Shown here piece by piece: positions 39,642 to 49,926 of a stretch of DNA of 64,000 nt. A model generated the notes under the pieces. That model was not told where the DNA came from. It did not search any database and worked only from the letters and a program-made list of their open reading frames with translations. The DNA comes from an uncultured delta proteobacterium. GTDB lineage: Bacteria; Myxococcota_A; Polyangia; Polyangiales; Polyangiaceae. The stretch spans positions 992,001-1,056,000 of the forward strand of contig CAVOKF010000007.1 in assembly GCA_963696385.1 (NCBI GenBank), written 5' to 3'. Made by a program: the position numbers and the translations under genes. Positions within the stretch are counted from its first letter, which is position 1. Each line of letters begins with the position of its first letter.

Positions 39642-41387
39642 CTATGACTCGACGTCGAGAAATGCGCACCCGCCGGTGGCATCGTGCTTCACAGTCATGC
39701 GGGACGGTCGAGACCCGAGGGATCGGCCGAGGCGCAGCATGTCGCTTTCCGTGCGGTAGAGAATCGGCCAATCGAGTGCGTATTCCATGATCCACGTCGA
39801 GTCGGGGGCTTCGACCATGTTCCCGAGCAGCATTCTGCCGTCCCGTCGGACCAGCGAGTAGAGCCGTCTCGTGAGACGCTCCGCGACCGGGTCCGGCAAA
39901 TAGTCGTACAGGCCCGTCGAGTAGACGAGATCGAGTTCACCTAAGGTCTCCAGGACCACGGCCTTCTCTTCGGCCGTCCGAGGACTCACTAGCTGCCGCA
40001 CCGAAAAGTGAAGGCAGCGCACGGTTACAGGGAGCAGACCATGGTGGCGCTCCAGAAGGAGGCGAGTGAGTTGGCGGTGCGCCGATTCGTGGGCGGCGCG
40101 ATCCTGATCCAGAAGGATCAATTGGACGGGCCTCTCGAGGCTCTCCGTTTCGTGAAGCCAGCGGCGCAGCTCCATCCCCGGTCCCGCAGCGACCGCCAGA
40201 ACACGCAGTGGGGCCGTCCCCCGTCCGTGCTCCTGGACGGTCCGATGCAGGGCCTCGCGCAAAACCATTTCGCGTGCGACCGCCGCGCGGACGAGGCTCG
40301 ACCGCTGCGAGATCGAAAACAAGAATCGGCCGAAAAGCCCTTCGCCCATGGGCTCATCGGCGAAGCACATCTCCATCATTCGATAGTCCCCCGCGTAGCC
40401 CAGTGGCTTCTCGTAGGCTCGCTTGTTCAACAGGCATGAGGCCAAGAGGGGCATGAGTGTCGACGACGCGTAGCTGCGCCCGAGCAGCGCAGTGCGCTCG
40501 TCGAAGCCCTTGCTCATTTCGTGCAACCGCGTCACGGCCTCGTAGAACCAATGGCCCCAGCGCTGGCCCAGGGCGTCGAAGAGTTGGGCCTCTTCGTCGC
40601 GGCGCCGGAGCGGGTCGTCCGCGCTGACACGCTCGAACTCTTCGACCTCGGCCCGCGCGTCTTCCAGGAGATGGCGGAGATCGCCCACCGCAGCGCGCCA
40701 CTCCGCCGGCAGACGTTCGGCCTGCTCGCGACGGATGGCCAGTCGCCCTTCCAATGTGGCACCGAGTCGAAGGTGATGGATGTCCAAGAGTCCGGACGTG
40801 AACCGAGCGCCGAACCGCTCCGCACTTCCGTGCACCACGACGGCGTCCCCCACCCAGACGGGGCGATCGCCCAGCACGAGCTCGAGCGATTCGAGAACGC
40901 TGCCTGGGGAAAGTGCGGCTTCGTCGGGCGATACCGCCGAGAACCCGGCTGTGCTCAAATCGATCACCTGCAACGGACCGACGGCTGTCCCTTCGCATTG
41001 GAAGCGGCAGACGAGGTCCGCCGGCACCTCAGCCGCGTTGAGGCGCGCGGGCCGGAACGTCACCGCGACGCCCGCCGCACCCTGAAGGTCTTCATGCGCC
41101 CGAGGGGGCCAAGAGCGAGGGGGCGACGACGGATGCTCACGCGACCAAGATGGGGGCGGCGCGGAGCGAGGCGGCGGCGATGCGGGACGCGGCAGCGGCG
41201 ACGAGCGCGGCGGCCGCGAAGAAGGTCGAGGCGGTGGGCGCGGCCGTTCCGTCGAAGGCGGCACCTCATCGGTCGCAAGGTCCCCGCGCACTTCGGGGAG
41301 CGACCGATCGTCGGCCGGATCGTCTGACGCGCTTGGGCTGTCGGCGAACTGCGCGCTACCGTTCGACGCGTCTTCGAAGAGGCTCAT
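39642..41387 (-). CDS. PilZ-like domain + class I SAM-dependent methyltransferase (PhcB-like)
   Basis: Pro/Ser/Arg-rich N-terminus; RPAR...IDLSTAG PilZ-like segment; RAYEKPLGYAGDY, VLAVAAGPGMEL, LLDQD, DLVYSTGLYDYL, LLGN, LDWPILYRT. Confidence 0.75.
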   Translation of the reverse strand: MSLFEDASNGSAQFADSPSASDDPADDRSLPEVRGDLATDEVPPSTERPRPPPRPSSRPPRSSPLPRPASPPPRSAPPPSWSREHPSSPPRSWPPRAHEDLQGAAGVAVTFRPARLNAAEVPADLVCRFQCEGTAVGPLQVIDLSTAGFSAVSPDEAALSPGSVLESLELVLGDRPVWVGDAVVVHGSAERFGARFTSGLLDIHHLRLGATLEGRLAIRREQAERLPAEWRAAVGDLRHLLEDARAEVEEFERVSADDPLRRRDEEAQLFDALGQRWGHWFYEAVTRLHEMSKGFDERTALLGRSYASSTLMPLLASCLLNKRAYEKPLGYAGDYRMMEMCFADEPMGEGLFGRFLFSISQRSSLVRAAVAREMVLREALHRTVQEHGRGTAPLRVLAVAAGPGMELRRWLHETESLERPVQLILLDQDRAAHESAHRQLTRLLLERHHGLLPVTVRCLHFSVRQLVSPRTAEEKAVVLETLGELDLVYSTGLYDYLPDPVAERLTRRLYSLVRRDGRMLLGNMVEAPDSTWIMEYALDWPILYRTESDMLRLGRSLGSRPSRMTVKHDATGGCAFLDVES

Positions 41388-41550
41388 CTGAACACCATGG
41401 GAAAGGGGGCGGGGTTCCGTGCGCGAGGCAGTGCAACCAGACGCACGCACTTATGCAAGAAGGTACGGTGGTCTCGCCTTGCGAGATAACCCCTATGTGG
41501 TGACTTCTCGGTGACGCCCGCCAAAGGGGGGCGTGTGCATGCGTCAGTCC

Positions 41551-42666
41551 TCACGGGTGCGCGCCGGTACCGGTTGCCGCCACGTCGGTCGCAACCAGAT
41601 CCGCGGCATTCTTCACACCCTCGCGCTCCAGAGTCTCGGCCAGATCGCGCGCGATCCGCGACGCCACGAACGGTCCACCATAGATAAAACTTGTATATAT
41701 TTGGACCAGATCCGCTCCCGCGCGCATGAGATCAAGTGCCTGGTCGGCTGTCTCGACTCCGCCGACCCCGACGACGACGACGCGACGCCCGAGCCGAGCC
41801 CGTATCCGCCGAACCGCCGCAAGGACACGGCTCCGTAGCGGCGGGCCACTGAGCCCGCCGGCGCCGATCGCGTCGAGCCGACCGGTAGGGGTTCGCAGCC
41901 CGTCGCGGGCAAGGGTCGTATTGGTGGCTACGACGCCGACAAGACCCACTTGCTCGACGACGCCGAGGATGTCTTCGAGCCCGCCTTCGTCGAGATCGGG
42001 AGCGATCTTGACGAGCATCTTGCCGCCCGGGCCCAGGGCCTCTCTCAACGCCGTCAGCAGGGTGCGTGCATGCCGCGGCGCTTGCAACGTCCGCAAGCCC
42101 CGTGTGTTGGGCGACGAGACATTGACCACGACGAAGTCGGCGACATGTCGTACTCGTTCGATCGCAGCGACATAGTCGGCGACGACCGCTCGGATGTCTT
42201 CGGGGGGAACCGCGCGAGACTTGCCGATCGAGACGCCGATGGGGATGCCGAGCGACGAGCGAGCCACCCCGAGGCGGGCAGCCACTCGCTCCGCGCCTTC
42301 GTTCGGGAAGCCCAGACGATTGACGAGCGCGCGGTCCGAGGGCAGCCGAAACAGATTGGGCCGCGGGTTTTCGCCCTGGGCCAACGCGGTGACCGTTCCG
42401 ATCTCGAGGTGCCCGAAGCCGAGCGCTGCGAGCGCGCGCGGGCGGTACGCGTTCTTGTCGAAGCCTGCGGCGAGGCCGATCGGCGACGGAAAGGTCAACC
42501 CCATGACGGTCGTCGCGAGGCGGGAATCCTGCGGAGGGCGCGCCACGCATCGCAGCACGGCGCGGAGCGGCGCCACATGCTCGGGGGGCCAGAGTGCCGC
42601 GAAGGCCAACGCATGAGCCGCGTGAGGCGGCAATACGAAAAGGAGCGGCCGCAGCGCGCCGTACAT
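41551..42666 (-). CDS. pyrD: Quinone-dependent dihydroorotate dehydrogenase
   Basis: GLAAGFDKN, NRLGFPNEG, NVSSPNT.GLR.LQ, KIAPD, TNTT, GGLSG, VGVGG. Confidence 0.95.
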   Translation of the reverse strand: MYGALRPLLFVLPPHAAHALAFAALWPPEHVAPLRAVLRCVARPPQDSRLATTVMGLTFPSPIGLAAGFDKNAYRPRALAALGFGHLEIGTVTALAQGENPRPNLFRLPSDRALVNRLGFPNEGAERVAARLGVARSSLGIPIGVSIGKSRAVPPEDIRAVVADYVAAIERVRHVADFVVVNVSSPNTRGLRTLQAPRHARTLLTALREALGPGGKMLVKIAPDLDEGGLEDILGVVEQVGLVGVVATNTTLARDGLRTPTGRLDAIGAGGLSGPPLRSRVLAAVRRIRARLGRRVVVVGVGGVETADQALDLMRAGADLVQIYTSFIYGGPFVASRIARDLAETLEREGVKNAADLVATDVAATGTGAHP

Positions 42667-42834
42667 CGCGTTGCGCAGAGCTTACGCCGTCGCTCGCTCG
42701 ATCGCGTCGGGAATCCTGTCGCCGATCGCGGGCGCGACCGGCCCCACTCGGGACCGCGCGCGCCGCGCCTCTGCTATGGTTAGGATTCACGGCGAAGCGG
42801 TCGATCGTCCTGCCGCCGCAAGGAAATCTTCGTC

Positions 42835-43956
42835 GTGATCATCGGCGTCCCGAAAGAAATCAAGACCCGGGAGTATCGGGTCGGAATGACACCCGCGGGT
42901 GTACGCATGCTCGTGTCGCACGGTCACCGGGTGCTCGTCGAGACCGGTGCCGGCGACGGAAGCGGGATTGCCGATGCCGATTACGCGGCGCAGGGGGCGA
43001 CGATCGTCGCCACGGCCGCTGAGGCGTGGGATGCCGCAATGGTCGTCAAGGTGAAGGAGCCTCTGTCGACCGAGCACCGATACTTTCGCAGCGGGCTCGT
43101 ACTCTACACGTATCTGCACCTGGCCGCGGAGCCCGTGCTCACTCGGGCGCTCGCAGCCAGTGGGGTGTCGTCGGTAGCCTACGAGACGATCGAGGCGCGC
43201 GACGGCAGTCTGCCGCTCCTGAAGCCCATGAGCGAGGTCGCCGGCAGAATGGCGGTGCAGGTCGGCGCGACGTGTCTCGAGAAGGAGCGCGGGGGCAAGG
43301 GTGTCCTTCTCGGGGGCGTTCCCGGGACGCGACGGGGGCGGGTCGTCATCTTGGGCGGTGGAATCGTCGGCCGAAACGCGGCAACCATTGCGGTGGGGAT
43401 GGGTGCGCAGGTGACGGTGCTCGATGTCCGAGCAGAAGCGATGGCGTCGCTCGAAGATTTGTTCGGGGGCGCCATCGAGACGCTCTACTCGAATCCGACG
43501 AACGTCGAGGACGCCGTCGTCCGAGCGGACCTCGTCGTAGGCGCCGTGCTCGTCACCGGCGCGGCGGCCCCAAAGCTCGTCACCGAGAAGATCGTGGGCC
43601 GAATGGCGGCGGGCAGCGTGATTGTCGACGTCGCGGTGGATCAGGGCGGCTGCATCGAGACGTGTCGGCCGACCGATCACGATAGGCCGACCTACGAAGT
43701 GCACGGCGTCGTGCATTATTGCGTCCCCAACATGCCGGGAGCCGTGCCGCAGACGAGCACCTGGGCGCTGACGAACGTGACGATCGGCCACGCCGTCGCG
43801 ATCGCCGACAACGGACTTGCCGCCGCCGCGCGCCGAGATGAAACGCTCCTGTCCGGCATCAATACGCTCGATGGCCACGTGACGTACGCACCCGTCGCCG
43901 AGGCGCACGGACTCGAATACGTCCCCGCGCGGCGTCTACTCGGTCTTTTCGCGTGA
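42835..43956 (+). CDS. ald: Alanine dehydrogenase
   Basis: [61 protein letters not shown]. Confidence 0.95.
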   Translation: MIIGVPKEIKTREYRVGMTPAGVRMLVSHGHRVLVETGAGDGSGIADADYAAQGATIVATAAEAWDAAMVVKVKEPLSTEHRYFRSGLVLYTYLHLAAEPVLTRALAASGVSSVAYETIEARDGSLPLLKPMSEVAGRMAVQVGATCLEKERGGKGVLLGGVPGTRRGRVVILGGGIVGRNAATIAVGMGAQVTVLDVRAEAMASLEDLFGGAIETLYSNPTNVEDAVVRADLVVGAVLVTGAAAPKLVTEKIVGRMAAGSVIVDVAVDQGGCIETCRPTDHDRPTYEVHGVVHYCVPNMPGAVPQTSTWALTNVTIGHAVAIADNGLAAAARRDETLLSGINTLDGHVTYAPVAEAHGLEYVPARRLLGLFA

Positions 43957-44717
43957 GCATCCGACCTTCGGCGGAACCCGCCGCGGTCGATCCCGACCTC
44001 TTTCGCGGTATCGACCTGCTTTGCCTCGACGCCGGAAATACCGTCGTGTTCCTCGATCACGCGCGGCTCTCGCGCATTTGCCGGGTGGCGGGTTTCGAGA
44101 CCACGACCGATGCGCTCATCCACGCGGAGGGCGAAGCCAAGCACGCTCAGGAGCGAGGCGCGCTCCTGGAGTTCGAATGGTCCGGATCCGCCGCGCCGTC
44201 GGCCCGTGCATGGGGCGCGTTCGTCGCAACGATGATGGTGAGCGCGGGAGTCCCGCGCGTCGGCGTGCGGGCCGGCGTCGAAGCCGCTTGGATCGAGCAC
44301 GGTCGTCGAAACCTATGGTCGCTCGTGCCCGAGGGTCTCGTTTCCGCCTTGGATCAGGCGCGGGCGGCGGGAGTCCGGATAGCAATCGTGAGCAACTCCG
44401 AAGGCAAGCTCGTGACCCTGTTGAACGACGTCGGAGTCCTGGGCTCGGTCGACGTCGTCGTGGACAGCGGAGTCGTCGGGGTCCAAAAACCCGACCCACG
44501 CATTTTCCAGATCGCGCTCGAACACGTTAACATTCCCGCTTCGCGGGCTCTGCACCTCGGCGACGTCTACGTCACCGACGTCGTGGGCGCACGATCCGCG
44601 GGGCTGCGCGCCGCTCTGGTCGACCCGCTCGGGCACCTCGCAGGACGCCACCTCGACGTGCCGCGCGTACCGGGAGCCGCCGCCGTCCTTCGCGCGATGG
44701 CGGCTGCCCGAGGGTGA
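43953..44717 (+). CDS. HAD-family hydrolase
   Basis: [31 protein letters not shown]. Confidence 0.85.
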   Translation: MSIRPSAEPAAVDPDLFRGIDLLCLDAGNTVVFLDHARLSRICRVAGFETTTDALIHAEGEAKHAQERGALLEFEWSGSAAPSARAWGAFVATMMVSAGVPRVGVRAGVEAAWIEHGRRNLWSLVPEGLVSALDQARAAGVRIAIVSNSEGKLVTLLNDVGVLGSVDVVVDSGVVGVQKPDPRIFQIALEHVNIPASRALHLGDVYVTDVVGARSAGLRAALVDPLGHLAGRHLDVPRVPGAAAVLRAMAAARG

Positions 44718-45832
44718 CGCCGGTGTCGACCGCGCCGAAACTCGTGGCGATCATTCCGGGCGACGGCATCGGGCCGGAGGTGACAGCGCAAGCGACCCGG
44801 GTGCTCGACTTCTATGTCGCCGAGCGCGGCCTGCCGATCGCCCTGTGGCCCATCGACCTGGGCGCAGACCGGTATCTTCGCGATGGCGTCGCGCTTTCAC
44901 CCGATGTGCGGGATCGCATATCGCGAGAAGCCAGCGCGGTTCTCCTCGGGGCGCTCGGCGACCCTCGTGTCCCGGGTCACGAGCACGCCCGCGACATCCT
45001 TTTCGGGCTGCGGTTCGGACTCGACCTCTATGCCAACGTTCGACCCGTCCGAGCTCTGAGCGATCGCCTCGTGCCATTGCGGCAGCGAGGCGCCACGGAC
45101 GTCGATTTCGTCGTCTTCCGCGAGAACACCGAGGGCGCCTACGCCGGGATCGGAGGACAGTTCAAGCGCGGGACGCGCGACGAGATCGCGATCGGCGAGG
45201 ACGTCAACACGCGACGGGGTGTCGAGCGACTCATTCGCGCGGGCTTCGAGCACGCGCGGGCGCACCGAAAACGACGCGTGCACATGGCCGACAAATCCAA
45301 CGCCATGCGGCATGCACACGAGCTGTGGCACCGAGTATTCTTCGAAGTGGCCGGCGAATATCCGGAGGTCGAAGCCCAACACCTGTACATCGACGCCCTA
45401 TGTCTCGAACTCGTGCGCGATCCCGCGCAGTTCGAAGTGATCGTGACATGCAACTTGTTCGGGGACATCGTCACCGACCTCGGTGCGGCATTGCAGGGCG
45501 GGCTCGGGATGGCCGCGAGCGCCAACGTTCATCCGCGCGTGCGCGGATGCTGCGAAGCAGACCACCCGGCGACACGCGTTGCCTTATTCGAGCCGGTCCA
45601 CGGCTCGGCGCCGCCTTTGGCCGGCAAGGACGTGGCGAATCCCCTCGCGAGCATTCTAACGGTGGGCTTGCTGCTGTCGCACCTGGGATGGGATGCAGAG
45701 CGGGCGCGGCTCGAATCGATTGTCGTTCGTGCCCTTGGCGAGGGCAAGTGCACGCCCGACGTCGGAGGGGAGCTCGGAACCAGGGCCGTCGGCGATTGGG
45801 TCGTGCATGAGCTCGCACAGGCCTTCGGATGA
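44714..45832 (+). CDS. Isocitrate/isopropylmalate/tartrate dehydrogenase family protein
   Basis: PGDGIGPEV, YANVRP, RENTEG.Y, DKSN, NLFGDIVTD, FEPVHGSAP. Confidence 0.9.
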   Translation: MTPVSTAPKLVAIIPGDGIGPEVTAQATRVLDFYVAERGLPIALWPIDLGADRYLRDGVALSPDVRDRISREASAVLLGALGDPRVPGHEHARDILFGLRFGLDLYANVRPVRALSDRLVPLRQRGATDVDFVVFRENTEGAYAGIGGQFKRGTRDEIAIGEDVNTRRGVERLIRAGFEHARAHRKRRVHMADKSNAMRHAHELWHRVFFEVAGEYPEVEAQHLYIDALCLELVRDPAQFEVIVTCNLFGDIVTDLGAALQGGLGMAASANVHPRVRGCCEADHPATRVALFEPVHGSAPPLAGKDVANPLASILTVGLLLSHLGWDAERARLESIVVRALGEGKCTPDVGGELGTRAVGDWVVHELAQAFG

Positions 45833-45965
45833 GTCGCGGCGCGGACGACGACGCATCGGTCGTTTCACCGCGACGGCGCTCGACGGCCGGGAACCGTGGG
45901 CCGTGTCACACTGTCGATCGGAAATGCGGCCGCGAAGCGAACCTCGGCGGGAGGCGGAGGCGATC

Positions 45966-46502
45966 ATGGAGTCCTTGGGCTACGGCGTCACCGTCCTTCT
46001 GGGCGCCTCCGCCCTCTGGGCGATGAGCGGCACGCTGCGCGAACGACCGCTCGTCGCCTTACCGGGTCCCTCTTCTGTGATGGTTGTCGAGCAACGGGCC
46101 GCGACCCACCCCGGCGACCCGCTCGCGACACGCGATCTGGCGCAAGCTTACTTGGACGCACATCAACCTGGGCTGGCCGTCGTATGGATCGAAGCGGCCC
46201 CGCCGACGGTGCGCAACGACGTGCGCGTGCGTCACGTCGCGGCACGCGCGCTCGTCGACCAGGGACGCAACGACGAAGCCCTCGCGCTCGAACGAGAAGT
46301 CGTCGCGACATGCGGCGATACGACGGGCGGCGAGGGGGGCTCCGCAGGCTGCGACCCGGTCCTCGTCGCGTCGGCCATTCGGCGCGCAAGCATTTTGCAA
46401 GCGCTGGTCGCGCTGGGAGTCGAGGATGCCCAGGCCCAGCCGGAGGCGAGCCTCATCGCCTACCGGAATGCCACCCGGGAAGCGCGTGTTTTAGTGGAAT
46501 AG
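45966..46502 (+). CDS. Hypothetical membrane-anchored helical (TPR-like) protein
   Basis: GGAGG RBS, N-terminal TM, LAQAYLD/ARALVDQGRNDEAL helical repeats; lies upstream of glmS. Confidence 0.6.
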   Translation: MESLGYGVTVLLGASALWAMSGTLRERPLVALPGPSSVMVVEQRAATHPGDPLATRDLAQAYLDAHQPGLAVVWIEAAPPTVRNDVRVRHVAARALVDQGRNDEALALEREVVATCGDTTGGEGGSAGCDPVLVASAIRRASILQALVALGVEDAQAQPEASLIAYRNATREARVLVE

Positions 46503-46636
46503 CGAGGCTGCGGCCCTTCAAGGGTGCCCCGACGACCCCAGGGCAAGCCCGGGGGGGCCCGACAGTTCAACGCGTGCGCGGCCGGATTCTGCCGTTACAA
46601 CAAGACGAACCTGTCAAGACGAGGAGTCCGAGGCCC

Positions 46637-48556
46637 ATGTGCGGCATCGTTGGTTATGTCGGCCCGAGAGATTGCGCCCCCATTCTCGTCGCGGGGCTCC
46701 GCAGCCTCGAGTACCGAGGATACGACTCCGCGGGGCTCGCGGTTTACGTCCGCTCGCCCGGAACGAAGTCTTCGGGGCCACGCGGCGCCGTCGAAATCGT
46801 GCGCGCGGTGGGCAAACTCGCCAATCTCGAGGTCGCTCTGCGAAGAAATCCGCTCGCAGGCACGACGGGCATCGGTCACACGCGCTGGGCCACTCACGGA
46901 CGGCCCAGTGAGGCGAACGCCCACCCTCACGTCGCCGGCGACGTGGCGGTCGTCCACAACGGGATTATCGAAAACCATGTCGCTCTAAGACGTGAGCTCG
47001 AGGCGAAAGGGGTTCGGTTCGCCAGCGATACGGACACCGAAATCGTCGCACACCTCATCAACGACGCGCGGGTGGACGGCGCGCCACGGCTCGTGGACGC
47101 CGTCAGGGCCGCGCTAAGGCGCGTGCGCGGCGCGTATGCCATTGCCGTCGTCTCGGGGGCAACGCCGGACGAGATTGTCGTCGCCAAAGCGGACAGTCCG
47201 CTCGTCCTGGGGCTTTCGGACGGCGAGACGCTCTGCGCGAGCGACATTCCCGCGCTGCTCGCTCACACGCGCGACGTCGTTCTGCTTCACGACGGCGAGG
47301 TCGCCGTTCTCACGCGAAGTGGCGCAGAAATCACCACCCTCGACGGAACGCCGGTCGAGCGCTCGTCGAGGCGGATCGAGTGGTCGCCCACCCAGGCCGA
47401 GAAGGGCGGCTTCAAACATTTCATGCTCAAGGAGATCCACGAGCAGCCGCGCGCCGTCGAAGACACGCTGCGGGGTCGAGTGGACTTGAGCGGCGGGGAC
47501 GTCGTCGGCGAAGAGATGGGGATCAGTACCGATCTCGCGCTCAGAATCCGGCGCGTATGCTTCATCGCTTGTGGCACGAGCTCGCATGCGGCCATGGCGG
47601 GCCGCTACTGGATCGAACAGCTCGCGCGAATCGGTGCGACCGTCGAGATCGGGAGCGAGGTCCGATATCGGAGCCCTGTTTTCGGACCCGATGACCTCGT
47701 GGTCGCCGTCAGTCAGAGCGGAGAAACGCTCGACACGTTGGCCGCGGTGAAGACGGCGAAGACCGCGGGCGCCCACGTGCTCGCCGTCTCGAACGTAATC
47801 GACAGCGCGATTCCGAGAGCGAGCGATTCAGCGCTCTACACCCATGCCGGGCCCGAGATCGGCGTCGCGTCGACCAAGTGCTTCACGACCCAGCTCGCGG
47901 CTTTGCTGCTCCTGTCGGTGTATCTCGGGCGACGGAGGGGGGTTCTTGCGGCGAGCGAAGCCCGGCGTGTTCTCGAGGCGCTGAGGCATGTGCCCCAGCA
48001 GATGCGCGACGTGTTGCTGGGCGCCGACGACGTCCGCCACATCGCGAGAAGGTTCATGCGGTCGGAGCACATGCTCTTCCTCGGGCGCGGCACGGGGTTC
48101 CCGATCGCCCTCGAAGGGGCACTCAAGCTAAAAGAGATTTCGTACATCCATGCAGAGGGTTACGCCGCCGGCGAGATGAAACACGGTCCGATCGCGCTCA
48201 TCGACGAGAACATGCCGGTGGTCGTCGTCTGTCCGCGGGATGGACACTACGAGAAGACTCTCTCGAGCATGCAGGAGGTAAGGGCGCGCGAAGGCCAGCT
48301 CGTCGTCGTGTGCACGTCAGGCGATACGGACGTCCGAACGCTGCTGCTCGCGTCCGATGACGTGGCTCGAGGCGTGCCACGTTCGAGCGGACTGCCACCC
48401 GAGCCCGCCGTCTTGCCCATCCCGAACGCGGACGCCGAAGTCCTGCCGCTCTTGAGCGTCATTCCGCTCCAACTTCTTGCCTATTACATCGCGGATCTCA
48501 AAGGTACCGACGTCGATCAGCCGCGCAATCTCGCAAAGACGGTTACGGTCGAATAG
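46637..48556 (+). CDS. glmS: Glutamine--fructose-6-phosphate transaminase (isomerizing)
   Basis: MCGIVG, LEYRGYDSAG, GHTRWATHG, HNGIIEN, SQSGET, GVASTK, LKLKEISY, EMKHGP, PRNLAKTVTVE. Confidence 0.97.
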   Translation: MCGIVGYVGPRDCAPILVAGLRSLEYRGYDSAGLAVYVRSPGTKSSGPRGAVEIVRAVGKLANLEVALRRNPLAGTTGIGHTRWATHGRPSEANAHPHVAGDVAVVHNGIIENHVALRRELEAKGVRFASDTDTEIVAHLINDARVDGAPRLVDAVRAALRRVRGAYAIAVVSGATPDEIVVAKADSPLVLGLSDGETLCASDIPALLAHTRDVVLLHDGEVAVLTRSGAEITTLDGTPVERSSRRIEWSPTQAEKGGFKHFMLKEIHEQPRAVEDTLRGRVDLSGGDVVGEEMGISTDLALRIRRVCFIACGTSSHAAMAGRYWIEQLARIGATVEIGSEVRYRSPVFGPDDLVVAVSQSGETLDTLAAVKTAKTAGAHVLAVSNVIDSAIPRASDSALYTHAGPEIGVASTKCFTTQLAALLLLSVYLGRRRGVLAASEARRVLEALRHVPQQMRDVLLGADDVRHIARRFMRSEHMLFLGRGTGFPIALEGALKLKEISYIHAEGYAAGEMKHGPIALIDENMPVVVVCPRDGHYEKTLSSMQEVRAREGQLVVVCTSGDTDVRTLLLASDDVARGVPRSSGLPPEPAVLPIPNADAEVLPLLSVIPLQLLAYYIADLKGTDVDQPRNLAKTVTVE

Positions 48557-48600
48557 CCGCGTCGCAACGTCCGCGTCCGGGCTCTGATATATCGGACGTC

Positions 48601-49917
48601 ATGGCCTCCGCCATACTCGGAGACTGGACGCACCGGCGCGGCGATCCCGGCGGAGCGCGGGCGGTTGCGGCGGACATCGAAAGGGCACGCCCGGCGGTCG
48701 CCTGGTCGTGGCGGCCGGACCACGGCGGGCGGGTCGATCAGGTCCGCGTCGCCGGAACGAGCGTCGTCGTAGCGACGATGATGCCCGACGATCGGAGCGC
48801 GCCCGGCTGGGAGCACGCGGTCATCTACGCGCTCGATGCCGACACGGGCGCGCAAGTGAGTCGTCGCGTCTTGCCCGACCCGGTATCGGTGGCGGCGATG
48901 GTGGTGCTGTCGGGCGAATTGCACATCGTCGGCGCCGGCAGAACCGAGCCAATCTACTGGTATGCGCTTTCGGTCGCCGAGCTCGCACCGCGGCTGCGCC
49001 GTGTGGCTTCGGCGCCCGGAGCCATCGGCTACGACGACGTCTTGGACGCGTGGGCGACCCCCGACGGCGGTCTCTGGTTGGAGCTCGAACGGAGCTCGGG
49101 CAAGGATTCGATCCGCGACCACGCCTACGCTTTCGCGGACCCGGCCGGCGCCCCCCTTTCCGTTCGGATGAGGGGCGAACGCGCCGCGCCGGACGGACCC
49201 CCGCTTGCGCGTGACGCGTGCGCGGGCGGAGACGCCCTGTTCGTGCCACTGCTCGCGAGTCGGCGGGCGGATGGCGTGGACACGGCGCCGGCTCTCTCGC
49301 GCCTCCAACCGCGGACCGAGCAGCCCCATCATCCAGCCGCGTTCGCGAACGCACGCCTGACCGCACCTCGAGCGCAGATCCATGCGCTCGTCGGCAAGGG
49401 GGTCGTCTACGCCGTCACCGCAGCGGAGGACCCGGCGAAGCCCGATCGGGTGCGCATCGAAGTGTTTGCAGCCGACGCCACGTCCGGGGCCGTGCTTTGG
49501 CGTGCGCACGACAATCGAGTGGCACTCGGGGGTCCTTGGGGGGAAGCCGCACGCCTGGCGCGACGCCCGAACGGCGAGCTGCTCTTCCAAAGTCTCGGTC
49601 CCGACGGAACCCCGTGCACGCCGCTCGTCTGCGCGCGACCGGATGGTCACATCGGTACGATGTTGCTCGGCGCGAGAGGCCCCTACGTTCTCGATGCAGC
49701 GCTCGGAGACCTCGTCCTCGCCCACCGCGAAAGTCGCGAGGGCAAGGTCGAGGTGAGCGGATTTGCGATCGACCTCGAAGGGCGCCTACTCGGCCGGCGC
49801 GCGATCCCGCGTTGGACCATCGACACGGCGGATCTCGGCGGCGGCGCGACCGTCTATGCCGGGGCCGGGCTCATCGTCGTGCGGGGCACGCGCGCGGTGT
49901 GTGCGTTGCGAATTTGA
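48601..49917 (+). CDS. Hypothetical protein, possible PQQ-like beta-propeller
   Basis: Long co-oriented ORF after glmS with repeated IYALDADTG / VFAADATSGAVLW blade-like motifs. Confidence 0.6.
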   Translation: MASAILGDWTHRRGDPGGARAVAADIERARPAVAWSWRPDHGGRVDQVRVAGTSVVVATMMPDDRSAPGWEHAVIYALDADTGAQVSRRVLPDPVSVAAMVVLSGELHIVGAGRTEPIYWYALSVAELAPRLRRVASAPGAIGYDDVLDAWATPDGGLWLELERSSGKDSIRDHAYAFADPAGAPLSVRMRGERAAPDGPPLARDACAGGDALFVPLLASRRADGVDTAPALSRLQPRTEQPHHPAAFANARLTAPRAQIHALVGKGVVYAVTAAEDPAKPDRVRIEVFAADATSGAVLWRAHDNRVALGGPWGEAARLARRPNGELLFQSLGPDGTPCTPLVCARPDGHIGTMLLGARGPYVLDAALGDLVLAHRESREGKVEVSGFAIDLEGRLLGRRAIPRWTIDTADLGGGATVYAGAGLIVVRGTRAVCALRI

Positions 49918-49926
49918 ATCGTCCGG

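Noticed and set aside
27529..41450. tRNA-Cys-anchored integrative island
   Set aside because: No integrase or transposase, no duplicated tRNA 3' end noticed, and rpiA lies inside the interval.
46503..46636. glmS ribozyme upstream of glmS
   Set aside because: AGCG and GACGAGG fragments occur, but not in the order and spacing of the ribozyme core, and GACGAGGAG is explained as the RBS. An Rfam glmS covariance search would settle it.
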